DNA of 64,000 nt. It comes from the human T2T-CHM13v2.0 reference genome, Homo sapiens. The DNA lies in the NCBI RefSeq assembly GCF_009914755.1, contig NC_060935.1. One strand, given 5' to 3'. Shown piece by piece: positions 42,198 through 54,725 of this stretch (the first letter of the stretch is position 1; every line of letters begins with the position of its first letter). Both the position numbers and the translations under genes were made by a program. The notes beneath the pieces are model-generated. The model was not told the origin of the DNA and ran no database searches. It saw nothing but the letters and a program-made list of their open reading frames with translations.

Positions 42198-43179
42198 GAG
42201 CAGGAGTAATGAGAGCTGTTGGGGAGGGGAAATGGAGAATTTAAACCCACAGGGTTCTTTTTAGTCCAGAGCCCAAACCTTCATTGTCTACCCCAACCTT
42301 CTCTTCATTGGAAGTATAACGAGCTGGCTTGAGTTTCAACTCCCTTGCTTCTGCTTCTAAGCACTGAAGTGGCCAATCAGTGGGTGTGAAGAAGAAGAGG
42401 AGGAAAAAACTCTTGAATAACCCCTAATCCAGAGAAAACATGACTCCTAATGAAAATGGAAATTTACTATTATTTCAGTAGCTCTATAGAGTGAACCTGG
42501 TTGATTAGCTGTTTACTGATAGCTTTTAAGAAAGGGAATATCCTTTTAAATGAAAATGTTGGCTTGCTCAGTGATGTAGGGTAGCCATGGTAACTCCTTA
42601 GTCTTGAAATGCCAAAGTTCTCCTTAAATCTGCCCTTATTCCTATCTCTTTCTTTGAGGCTCCATCCAGAGACTACACTCCTCTGCTCATTTATCCACTT
42701 GTTGATTATCTACTGAGTAGATACTTGGGAGGAATAGGAGGCAATGGGAAACCTGGGAAAGTTTTGTAACATTCCCTGTCTGTCTGAAAGCATGTTGTGC
42801 AGGGACATGAAAATCATGAAATGAGACTGGAAAGCCAGTTGGATGCACGTAACAAAGGTATTTCTGAGGCTGGCTAAGGAGTTCAGACGCTATGATATAG
42901 ACAACGAGGAGTCTCAGGGAGATGGTACCATCAGATTTGCTAACTAGGAGGTCATTCTTAGCTCAGTATGCAAGGTGAACTGGAAGTGGTTGATAAGACC
43001 AGAAGCAGAAAGATCAGTCAAGAGGCTGTGGGAAATGTACAAGGAGAGAGAGGATGAGGACCTGCCAAGGGCAGAGGCAGACACAGAGGAATGCAGCAAG
43101 AGGCATTGGTATTTGACACACATGACTTAAGAGACTTGGCCAAGCAGACTAAAACCCAACAAAACAATATACAACTCCC

Positions 43180-43750
43180 TGCCCCCAAAGCTGTATTTTA
43201 TTCAGCTATTGTTAATAACTGATTTGATTTGATCCATTCCGTTTTACAACCCCTGTCTCCTGCAATTGTCTGGCCCTGGTAACAATTTTATTGGAGCATA
43301 AGAGGCACATTATAAATACATTTTATATTGCACATTGTATTTTAAGCAAATTCGAGACATCTCTGATTAGGTGCCTTTCCAACGATAGCCTTGTTCAGAC
43401 AGATAATTGCGTGCTGATTTTTATTTTATTTCATTTTATTATTTTTTTCAGCTTTGTTCTCTCCCCCTTGGCAAAGCTGCAATCTTGCATACACACGTCA
43501 GTGGATAAAAACCCTTGAAAATAACTCTTCAGAAGAAATCTAATTTACTTTTTAATCTGGCTCGGAAATTTGCCAGAAAAATTTCCACCGACAAGCACTG
43601 CCATTTATTACCACTTATCACACACCCGGGCTGTGCTCTCGCTTCTGATGGGGCTAATGTAACAGAGGAGGAATCTTCTGATACATTATTTATTTGATAC
43701 AATCCCACCCAGATAAGATCTATGGGCAGGAGAGGACGAAGTTTGACCTT
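43180..43750. promoter_or_regulatory. Candidate conserved non-coding element
   Basis: Repeat-free and AT-rich, with retained CpGs and ATTGTT/AACAAT, TTTATTG, TGATTA and GATAA motifs. Function is inferred only. Confidence 0.4.
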
Positions 43751-44184
43751 ATCCTTCGTCTAAGGGAAAGTAAAGGATCTTCCCTTTTGCTTGTTCAAGG
43801 AACAAATTCACCTCTCTCCTGCCCTTGTAAGGGCTCAGCTTTCCTGAGAGCCCGGGGCCTGTCACCCCACAGAGATCATGCTTTGACTTTGTTTTCATCC
43901 CCTGGGATCTACACCACCCACACCTGTATGCTTGTGTTTGAACTTGAAATGATTTTCAAGAATTTCATGCATATTCCGATTGGCTTCTTAGGGACAGAGA
44001 CCAGAGTGGCATTTAGAAACAGGCCTACCCAAGCTTAATGTGAGGTGGCCCCATGTCGAGAAACAAATATGCTATAGCTGGCTTGTGACCTTGGGCCAGT
44101 AATTTAACCTCTCCAGGGTCCTCAACTGTAATTTGTAGGAGGGAATCTCTACAACTTTATCCAGCTTTTGTGGTCCATGGAGGC

Positions 44185-44420
44185 AGCAAGGCTTTAAGGA
44201 GAACAGAGGACTCGGGTCAGAAGACCTTGTGCTAGAATTCTGGCTTTGCAGCTTCCTGGATGAATGATTTTTCTGTAAGTTGACATCTCTGAGCCCTTAC
44301 TTGATGATGTGTCCACTGGGGATAATAACTCTTCCCCTGCTGACCTCAGAGTTATTACGATGATAACGAATATGGAAGCTTTGCAAACAGTGAAATATAT
44401 AAATGTATAATTAATTGTGA
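44185..44420 (+). mobile_element. MIR SINE
   Basis: GGTCAGAAGACCTTG...TCTCTGAGCC...GGGGATAATAACT...ACCTCAGAGTTATT. Confidence 0.65.
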
Positions 44421-44879
44421 ATCAATTCATTAATTAGTGAAAACACATTATGAGATATTTGCAGAACCCACTCAAAGGGAAAATGGAAGTCAGGCTGGGA
44501 GGAGTCAATGGAGCTTCTTACATGCCTGTCTCCAACCTCAACTGACAGATTCCCTAGGCCATCCCCAAGCAAAAGGAGTCCCCCTGCTCTCTGCTGCTCA
44601 GCAAAGGGTCTGAAAGCTCCTGACAGACATCCCCAGAGTCCCCCCAGAGCTCCCAGGACCCTCAGAACTGGGATTCTACCTATACCCCTTCCCTTAATTC
44701 CTTTGAAATAATGAAGGAAAAAGGTATTTGAACACTGAACAGGGTTGAAATCTTGGGTTGGCTGTGAACACACTGAAATCTATGTGAATTTTTTTCACTT
44801 TCCTGGGCCTTTTCCTTCATCTACAAAATGAAGCAAGTAGCCCACACCTCATGGGGTTGTGATGAGTCAATGGCGTAAC

Positions 44880-45035
44880 CTCACCTGTCCGTCATTGGCC
44901 TATTAAGTTCCAGGAGAGGTCCTGGTTCTTATTTATGCTTGCACCCTTAGTGCCTAGCACAAGGTCTGCCACACAGGAAGGATTCAACCACTGCCTGTTA
45001 AATGGATGAATGAACAAATGAATGAATGAATGAAT
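44880..45035 (+). mobile_element. L2 3' end
   Basis: AGTGCCTAGCACAAGGTCTGCCACACAG...TGAATGAACAAATGAATGAATGAATGAA tail. Confidence 0.75.
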
Positions 45036-47244
45036 TACTGCAATATACAGTGGTCGGGGTCATGAAATGAAGAAAATATGCACAATATTCTTGACCTGGA
45101 AGAATAGAATCCGGAGTCCTAAATCCATTTTGAAATTTTTACCTCCTCCTAAATCTCGCCTTCTACTTCTCCAGTCTTCTCCCACTCTTGCTCCCCTTTC
45201 CCATCCTCTTGACTTCCAGAATGTTCCACCCCCAACCGCCCCCTTTTTCTCTCCTCAGGAATGAGTCTTCTCAGCCAGTGGGTTGGCAGTGAGCTGCCCA
45301 TAAAACTTTTTCCCTGTCTCCCTGCTTTTTATGTTCTCTTCTCAGAGCTATGCCTCCTGCGGGAAGAGTAAATATAGAAAAATGACAACATGTACATTAA
45401 TGCTCGTTAGAATGTCATCATTATACTCTGCAAAGTGTCTGCCGAGGGGGTCCCTAAAGGACACTTAGAAATGAAGCAGCTGCTCTAGATTTGTTCCAGC
45501 TCACATCTCGAAGAAATGACATTGAGATAAATGCAGGCTGGAGGGATAGGACTGAGCCGGCCCTCTTTGGAGAAGGGGAAGATGGTGAAGAGAGAACTCA
45601 CACATTCCGCAAAGCACTCAGAACAGCAAGTGCAATGGACATACAGAGCGTGAGCACATACAGGGAGCAGGAGCGGGCTCTGTGATGCAGGCTGGTTTGC
45701 TTAAACCCAGAGGCTCACTGTCTAGGTAGGGAAATGGTAGGCTAAGGGAATGCGCACCTCAATCTTAGCATGACCAGCCTCTGAAAGGATCACCCATCTC
45801 TTCATCAAAAGTGACAATCAAGCTATACTATGGAAAGAGAAAAGCATTATTCTACTTACTTTATTACTAGCAGTAACTGGGAAGAGTTCGCTGAGGGAAG
45901 GGGAGGCAATGTGAAAACAAAGTTTTGAATCTACCCCTAAGGGAATGAATAAACACTACCAACTAATATCCTTCTCTATTCTGCTCATCCACTCAAGACA
46001 CTCTGAGATCAATAAGACTCCCCTCACTCCCACTGCCCCCCACACACTCTTGTCAACAACTAGTAAGTAGTGAGTAGCTGTCCCAGCACTCCAGGCCTAG
46101 CCAAGTACTTTAGTTTTCTTTATCTCACCATCCTGAAAAAGCAGGTGTCAAGGGTTGTGAGGCCCCCCAGAGATCTTATTTTAATGAAATTTTTGTTTTT
46201 GTCATACAGAAAGAAAACTGAGCCCAAGCTATAAATTACTATTCTAAGTCCAATAAATTCATACCATTAGTGCCATCAACTATGGTTTTTCATGGCCCTT
46301 TAAATTTGCACAGAGCTTTCCCGTTTATTACTATATTGGATTCTCATTCCTATTCTCTGAAATAATTAGGGTAAGTCCTATTATTCCTATTTTATAGCTG
46401 AGGAAACCAAGGAACACAATTTTCAATTATATATACATGCAAATATATAGCTAGGGTATTAATAGTATACCCTGCATCTTGGTGAGAATACCTTCAAAAG
46501 AGACACACGCACAAATAGACGTCAACACTTATACAGAAGGCACAAGATCCTAGGCTCCAACAAATTCAGTAAGCCCCAGTTAACTCAACCTGCCATGAAA
46601 AAGACATGTCAGAGACGTAGAACTGCTCTTCCTGCCTGATCGGGGCACAGCAACCCCCATGGAACAAGAAAGGATAAGGTAAGCCCAGCAACTTCTGGAG
46701 CCTGCCATACTCAACTCAGGTTACTGGTCTCTACTTAATTTACCAGCCAAGGAAGGATCACAGTAAGAGAGAATTATGCAGGAACCATGTTTTAGAAAAT
46801 GAATGTGCTGACTCTGTTCTCCCACTCCCCAGCTGTGACCAGTCTTCAGTCTCTCTGAGCATCAACTTCCTCATCTGTAAAATGGGAGACTATATCCTGC
46901 CACTTACAAAGTTCCTGAGACTGCTGGTTGCTATTCAGGCCTGGATTTAGCACACTCAGAGAACAGAACTCACTGAAATGCTAACCATTGCTTTCTAAAT
47001 AAATGGACCCAACTGTGTTTGTACATGCATATTGCCTGTCACCCCCATCCCTCCTCTTTCTCCAGGACTCAGAAGGCTGGAGCTAAAGGTGAATGATCTT
47101 TAGACTCCACTGCCTTTTCCTACTATAGCCAATCACTGGTTTGCATGACTCCTTGTTGTAACTGATTGAATGCCTCTATGTACCAGAGAGGATGCAAAGT
47201 TGTAGTATTCTGATCTCTGCCCCAGAGGTCTTATGGTCTCATGA

Positions 47245-47415
47245 GATGGTCAAGTCACCTAAATTCCCTAAGCATCAGCCTTCTTATATATAAAGTGTGG
47301 ATAGTAGTAATGCCTTCCTTCCAGGGTTGTTGTGAGAATTAGATGAAATTAGGTGTGTAAAGTCCTTGGTACAATGCCTACACACAGTACAGTCTCATTA
47401 TTCTTATTATTAATT
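47245..47415 (+). mobile_element. MIR SINE
   Basis: CAAGTCACCTAA...CAGGGTTGTTGTGAGAATTAGATGA...TGTAAAGTCCTTGGTACAATGCCT. Confidence 0.75.
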
Positions 47416-49548
47416 GCAACAAATATTATAGAAGGGACATTTATACTAGAGCTATGGATAAGATGTGCTATGGGAGATCCAAAGACAGAATGGAGCTATA
47501 TCTGTACTCTGTGGTCTGTTACTAGAGAAAATAGGTGAGAAAAAGAAACGAAACATATGACTTTACATCATGAGAAGACACTCTCTTTACTCTTACTGGA
47601 TATGGCCAGTAGGTGAGAAGGAATCCTCTTTGGCCATCATCAACCCCTCAAACACACAACACCAGTTACTGTAAGTGGAGAAAGGTAGCATGGGCTCCAC
47701 ATGCACAGAACAATCTGCTTGAGAAGGCTGTGTAAGTGGAGAGGAAGAAGGAAGGCTCTCTGGGTGCAGTTAACTGCCTCTGAGAAGGAACATTGTCATT
47801 TTGCAGGGATTTGCCAAACTGGAGGGGGAGTACCGGTAGTGGGAAGAGCAGGATATGGGGCCAGAAATGTAGATTTGGGTTTTGGGGTTTTGTTTGTTTG
47901 TTTGTTTGTTTCAAAATTCTGCTTGTGATTATATAACCTTGGGAAAAGAGGAAAAGAAGACAAGAGTCAAATTTTAATCACAGTAAAGACTTTGATAACT
48001 ACAGTCTTCAGACCAGAAATGATTTTAACTTCTGGTGTTATTAAAATAAATTACATTAAACAATAAGTTAGCCCTGTTTCTAATATGTTATATGAACAAG
48101 TAATGAGAAGTAAGCTCCAATTTTGAGCTAATAGTCATAAAGCAGATGGAATCTGAAAAACATGTTTCAAGTTGATACAAGAAGAAATGAAAAACATTAC
48201 ATGGCTAAACTGATCATAGCATGGGGATGCCCCTTTGCACATCCTGCCTGGTCATAGGATGGCTCAGGGTGAATGCCACTTCTCTGCTTCTCCCCTAACA
48301 GCCGCATCTGTTGCAGTCACATCTGTACCAAGAAAGGACACCCAGACAGAGTATCCTGCCTTGAGACCAAGAGTAGAAAATTAGAGGGAAAGAGCCGTTC
48401 TGCCTCACTGTCCTTTTTTGATCAATACACCTTGTTAAATAAGTCTATTTGGAGAGCTTAGTGTTGAGCACCTACTTCTGTGGGTAAGAAAGAATCAAGA
48501 TATATTATTGCCTCAACCTTTTTTTTTCTTTCTCTAGCTGCCTCAGCTGGTTGTCTGGATTAGCCCAGGACAGATCACAGAGGGTACTGATGCCGGCTGA
48601 TTAGCTTGGACACATAGAGGAATTCAAAGAACAGAGACTAGGGTTACAGGAAGGTATTCAGAAGGTAGGGGTGGTGGAAGTGGACTCAAGAGGACAGGAG
48701 CTGCTCTTTTGCAGCAAAAGCTTTTTTTGTGCCAGAACTAAAGGGCACAGGTGTCAACAGGAGCCCCTTCCTTTAAATCCTTCCCTGGCTTTAATTCAGC
48801 CAGATGGAGCTGGCTTCTAATTCAGCCAATGTTTACTGAGTATCACCATGTGCAGCATGCAGAGATGAGTAAGACGTGGCCATGGCCTTCACAATCAAAC
48901 TGGGGAAGTGGATGTGTAAACAGCAAAGTATCACACAATAAGGAAAATACCATTCAAAGGTGTGTACAAAGGATAAGTAAGTCTGCTTGGAGCAGTGAGG
49001 AAGAGGAAATGGTACTTAAGGTGATTCTTGAAATAATTAATAATTAATAGGAGTTTGTAAAATGGAGAGGTGTTTCTAGATTCGCTGTGCACCTCTCTCC
49101 CTCAGCATATGCAGGTACTCACTGTCCTTCTGTTGGAGAAGTTATATTTGGGATAAGAATCCAGTGCTTTCCCTTCTCTTGAGACTTTTTAAAGGCTCCT
49201 CCTGCCATGTGTCTATAATGCAAAAGACTAGGACAATGACTAAAATTTCTGGAGGGAGAAGAGCCACTCCTCACTCACTTTTACCAATTAGGTGTGGCCT
49301 CTTTGAGTGAAAGGAGGACTCTTCCTCTTTTTGCCATCTAAATTCTTACTTTTCTATTTTACTCTGAGGTTTACATAATTATGTCTCTTTTATGTGCTTG
49401 GAAGGAAGTTGCTGTTTGAATTGATCCTTCTCTGGGAGCCCCCATATGGATGGCTTTCTCTCTCTTTCTTTCTATGGTGTTAGTACCAGGAATTCTACGA
49501 AAAATTTCTTCATCCTCCTTTGTGCAGCTATTGCTTCCCATCATTCTT

Positions 49549-50850
49549 TTGTTCATCCAACACATATTTATTGAACACCATCCATATGCCTGGTCTGGGA
49601 GCTAGGAATACAACAGTGAAAAAACAAAATAAGTCCTTGCTCTTATAAACTTTACAGTCTGGTGGAAGAGATAGACCATAAATCATTAAACAAGTAAATA
49701 TATTAACATATTGTCAGGCAGTCATAACTAAGTTCTTATGAAGAAAAACAGCAAAAAATGATATCCAGAATGTTGGGCAGGGGATTATGAGGTTACAAGT
49801 GTCTCTCTGAGGAAGTGACATTAGAGCAGAGAAGAGAATGAAGTAAGAGGAGAGGGGAAGGTTAATGGCTACTGGGAAGATGTTCCAGGAAACAAAGATG
49901 GAAAGTGGGAATATTCTTAGTATAGCTGATGAACAGACAGGAAGAGTGTGTGGCTGGAGTGAAGTGAGTAAAAGGAAGAGTGGTCATTAATAAAATCACC
50001 AGGACAGGGTAATTTAAGGTCCTGTAAGCTGTGTAAAGATCTAGGGTTCTATTCTACTTAAGAGAGATGCCTTTGGAGTGTCAAGGAGGGACATGCTACA
50101 GCGTATATCCTGAAGCTTCACGCTGGCTGCTCTATTCAGAATAGATGGGAGTGCGACAAGACAGGAGACTCATTAGGGCCTGGTATAGTAAGTTGAGCAA
50201 CTACTGATGGCTTGAACTTGAGAGAGGGTAGGGAAGGTGTTGACAAGTGGTCATGGAAGATATTTTGATGGAAGAGCCACTCAGGCTTATTTTAAAAATT
50301 GGATGTAGAGAATAGAAGCATCATAATCTGTTTTGTGTTGCTACTGCAGAATACCACAGACTGGGTAATTTATAAAAAAAAATAAAGAAATTTATTTCTC
50401 AGAGTTCTGGAGGCTAGGAAGTCTAAGATCAAGGTGTTGGCATCTTGTGAGGGCTTTCTTGATGCCGCATCTTGTATGGAAGTTGTGAGAATAAGAGAGG
50501 TTGACAGGAAGGGGGCTGGACTTAGCCTTTTATCAGGAATCCACTCCCACAATAGTGACATTACTCATGAGTGTGGGGTCCTCATGCCTAATCACCTCTT
50601 GAAGTTCCCACCTTTCAGCACTGTTGCATTGTAAATTAAGTTTCCAACCCACATAAACTTTGGGGAACACATTCAAACCACAGCATTGAGAAAGATAAAA
50701 GTTAGGGTTGACTATGACTTTCAGACAAAGCAACTGAGTGGTAGTATCATCTAATGAGTTTAGACTGAGTGGAAAAGCAGGTTTAGGGTGTGGAATTGAT
50801 GAAAGCAAGCTTGATTTGGGAGATTTTTATTAGACATTCAGTTGGTGACA
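49549..50850 (-). mobile_element. L2 fragment interrupted by an LTR
   Basis: TTCATCCAACACATATTTATTGAACACC...CTCTCTGAGGAAGTGACATT...GTGTGGCTGGAGTG. Confidence 0.8.
50319..50685 (-). mobile_element. MST-family MaLR solo LTR
   Basis: GAATACCACAGACTGGGTAATTTATA...GTTCTGGAGGCTAGGAAGTCTAAGATCAAGG...ACACATTCAAACCACAGCA. Confidence 0.85.
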
Positions 50851-53652
50851 TTAAGTATGTGAAGGAAATATGGTCTGATGACTTCAAAGAGTTGGGCACT
50901 TTTAGGAAAGAGGATGAATAACTCTAAACACAGCTCTGAGGACAAAAGAAAGCACATACTCCAGCACCAAGCCTGGTAGTGTGGGGGAGTAGGAGCAAAA
51001 AGCCAATGTTTGAATGGGTTTTAGTGGAAAACAAAGTCATCAGGGAAGAGGATGGTTTAGTTAGAGCAAAATGGCAATAGATCTGTTAAAACAAGAGATT
51101 GAAGATTCAGGAGATTTTGTCACAGACAGAGCACAGTTCCACAGGGCTCAGTGGAAGACTTTGCAATGCAAGTGATGAGGCAAGAGGGAATCCATGAGCT
51201 TCATGCATCATGAATATGGAAGGAGTCTTAAGGCAATAAGATGAGTCATCTGTCCACTGGACCTCTTACCTCCAGGCAGTCTCTCCCTAGCACAGCATGT
51301 GTCTGGAGTCTGCAAACACTAGTTTCTCTACAATTCTTAAGGGAGTAATGATAGAACAACATAAGGGAGAGACCCCTGAATGAGGCCACTGAACAATTCC
51401 AAATATCCACTTCTAGGACACAAGTTCTGGGCTTATCAAGTGCATATCAGAACCCACTTGATAATAAAGGCCCTGATATTTATGGCTACACCCTGTTCTC
51501 ACTAGTCTGTTTTCCTAAATGCCCCAAGGCAAGTGGTCTCCCCTTCCCAAGCTGGGGAAGGGAATATGGTTAGACCAAGTTCTATCCCAAGTCTTGTGGA
51601 CAGAGGTTGAAAACACAAAACCACAAACTTAGAAGAGCTAACAAAAGATTACAATATATAGCAACTGCAAAGAAAAGTACCATTTTAGGGCACTGAAAGA
51701 TGGGGCCCAACAGACAGGCCAAATCGTCACTCAGTCTGTAGGTGTAGAGAAATGGAAAGCTCACTGCAGTCATAGGGTAGCCAGTAAAGGCCATGGAGAA
51801 GGTGGGTCTCAAAGAGGTCCCCCAAAATGAGGGCATTCATTCAATCACCTGGAGCAGTGGCTAGGAGGCCGCCTGCCTGGATCTGCAGCCATCAATTCAG
51901 CAGTGTGCCTCTGAGTGAGAAAGAACCATTTACTCCTTATCATTATCCTTAATAATTCTAAATCAGGTGGTGATGAAAAACCAACTCAAAGCTCATTTCA
52001 AAGGGATGTAGAAAGGGGGAGAAAAACACATCAGAAAACAAATTCATCTTCTCCACACAGAGACAAAGGACTGGGGCTTGGTCCAGAGCTACAAAGACTG
52101 ATCCTTTCAAGGCTGAGCTAGTTTTTCAAGACATTCAAGTCAAGTAGTGATAAAAATCCCACTATTCACTGTTATATTAATGGCTTCTCCACTATATGCA
52201 GATGCGTAAAAGCATCATATCTTTATTTGCATTTCTTTTTCTATTGCCTCCAGCTCACTGAATTTCTCCCTTATCTGCCAAGAAATGTCTACTTTCAAGG
52301 TATTCTTTCATTTCCTCATGCCATTGGCTGTCAAACGACTTAATAACTTGCCCATCATGGGAGTCAAATATAGTTTATTAAAAATGCATGTCTCACTCAA
52401 TAAGATGCCCTTTGGTGGTCTTCAGACCTTGACGACTCTGTCTCAAAGCTTGGGAATGCAGAATGGTCTTGGCTGGCCAGCTGCACTGCCTTGCTTTGTA
52501 TCATGCCTGCTGCCCAGATTATGCTGAGCCAGACCAAGAAGGGAGGCAGGAACTGTCCAAGGAGGGGGCAGAATTGGGCTACTTGTCTGACTTGTCTGAC
52601 TAGGAAATGGGACCTAGGCCTGAGAACCCCAAGTTCCTGAGGGTTTCCAAGTCATCTGGCCAGGTCCCAGGGAAGGAATACAGGATAGGCCTGGTACCCT
52701 GAGAGAGGAAGGAGGGGGGCCTCTTAGGAAGGAATGGCATCAAAGCAGGAGTGGGCTGTGTCAAGTCAGTGCACTGGAATGATGAATCATGCCTGTGATG
52801 GCTCACATAGCAAGGCTACATCGCTATTTACAGGGGCTAATGAGGCATCTGCAGTCACAAATTCACAGAGTCAGAATGCTATGGTGGCTGAGGAGAAAGC
52901 AAGAAGCTAAAAACACAAAGGGAACTGGAGGTCACCTTTTCCATCGTCTGCCACAAGGAAGGACACCACCAAAACCATTCCATCTAGATAAGTTGACCCT
53001 TTTCCAAAACTGTCTTAGAGCAGCCCCATAACCTCTCTGGGTAATGTTTCCCAGCTGCTCATGGATCTCCTAGCCAGATCCTCATGGCTTCAGCTAATCC
53101 TTCACTCTTTACTTTTGCTACATATTTTTTTGTTCACATGAAAACAGCTGTATATGCCTCACCCTATACTGCAACCCTTCACCTACTTGCAGACTCTACT
53201 CAGTCCCCACTTAGTCTCCTCTCCTTGATGCCAATGAATCCCAAAATGTTTTGCAAGAGTATTTTTTCATTGATCTCCCCTAAATTGTTGTTTCTGGTTT
53301 TTCACTGGCTTATTAAGTGGTATGCCACATTGAACTCAGTCTACTCAGGAACACCCAGGTCTGCAGAAACAGGTGAAACACTCCAGTTTTTCTGCAGAAC
53401 AGAAAGTAGATGCCACTCCTAGAGCAGAGACTTGGGGCTGCAGGAAGACCAAGAGAAGAGACAAAGGGGTTGATGGTAGGAAAGTGTTGCATACTCTACA
53501 GGAAGAGGGTCTGGAATCTCCCCCAGGGGAAAGACAAACTTGGCTATATGAGTGCATGAGGGGAAGATATCGACAGGATGAGGGAAAATAATGAGAAAGA
53601 AAAACAAAAGGAAAGAAACAGGGCTGGAGTTAGGTCATGAGACAAGACAAAG

Positions 53653-54021
53653 TGATATGGCTTGGCTGTGTCCCCACCCAAATCTCATCTTGAATGGTAA
53701 CTCCCACAATTTCCATGTGTCATGGGAGGAACCCAGTGAGAGATAATTGAATCATGGGGGTGGGTCTTTCCTGTGCTGTTCTCATAATAGTGAATAAGTC
53801 TCATGAGATCTGATGGTTTTAAAAAGAGGAGTTTCCCTGCACAAGCTCTCTCTTTGTCTGCTGCCATCCATGTCAAATGTGGCTTGTTCCTTCTTGCCTT
53901 CCACCATGATTGTGAGACTTCCCCAGCCACATGGAACTGTAAGGCCATTAAACCTCTTTCTTTTGTAAATTGCCCAATCTTGGGTATGCCTTTATTAGCA
54001 GCGTTAAAATGGACTAATACA
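53653..54021 (+). mobile_element. THE1 (THE1B-like) LTR
   Basis: TGATATGGCTTGGCTGTGTCCCCACCCAAATCTCATCTTGAA...CATTAAACCTCTTTC...AAAATGGACTAATACA. Confidence 0.95.
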
Positions 54022-54399
54022 GTAAATAGATGAAAAAAAGTGTTGGGGAGAAGGAGATGAATAAAGGGGGAGCTGGAATAAGGTCAAGAGCCAGAGAGAA
54101 AGATAAAGACCAGAGGCCAGGGAGGAAATAGAAGGAGAAGGGTGAGTAAGGTGAGCCCTCGAACAGGGGGACAAAATCCATGGTTAGGAAAAGTGAAGGC
54201 AGAGCAAGGGTCTCTGCCTGGTCAGTCCAGGGAGAACTGCTGATCCTCTGTTGAGACCACCACCAGGAGAAATGCCCCAAGTCAAGCAGCTGGAAAAGCA
54301 GTGCACCAAGTTCCATTGCCTTGAACTTCCTTATCACCTGAAGTGGAGTGGGTCTAGGGGGGCAGAGGTAGTAAGGCACTGAGGTAGCATGGCCATGGC

Positions 54400-54725
54400 T
54401 GTGTCATGACCATCTCCTACCAGAAACCTCGGGAGACTGAGAAAATGAAGGGCAATGGGAAAGAGAGAAATAGAGGCCCACAGACAGAGACCTTGAGAGC
54501 AAGAAAGAGGGAGAAACAGAAGCCAGGACAGAAAAGAGAGGAATATAGAGGGATGGCAGAGAGTCTGATAAGAATGGGAAACATGACAAGAATGATTGGG
54601 AAATCAGAAGGGAAATTGAGAGAGATGTCAGAGATTGAGAGGATAGTGTGAGAAAAGGAGGTCGAGAGAGAGGAAGGAGAAAGACAGGGAGAGAGAGAAG
54701 ATATACAGCATGGAGACAGAGCTGC
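54400..54725. repeat. GA-rich low-complexity tract
   Basis: Strong purine bias with AGAG/GGAG runs on the + strand. Confidence 0.7.
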
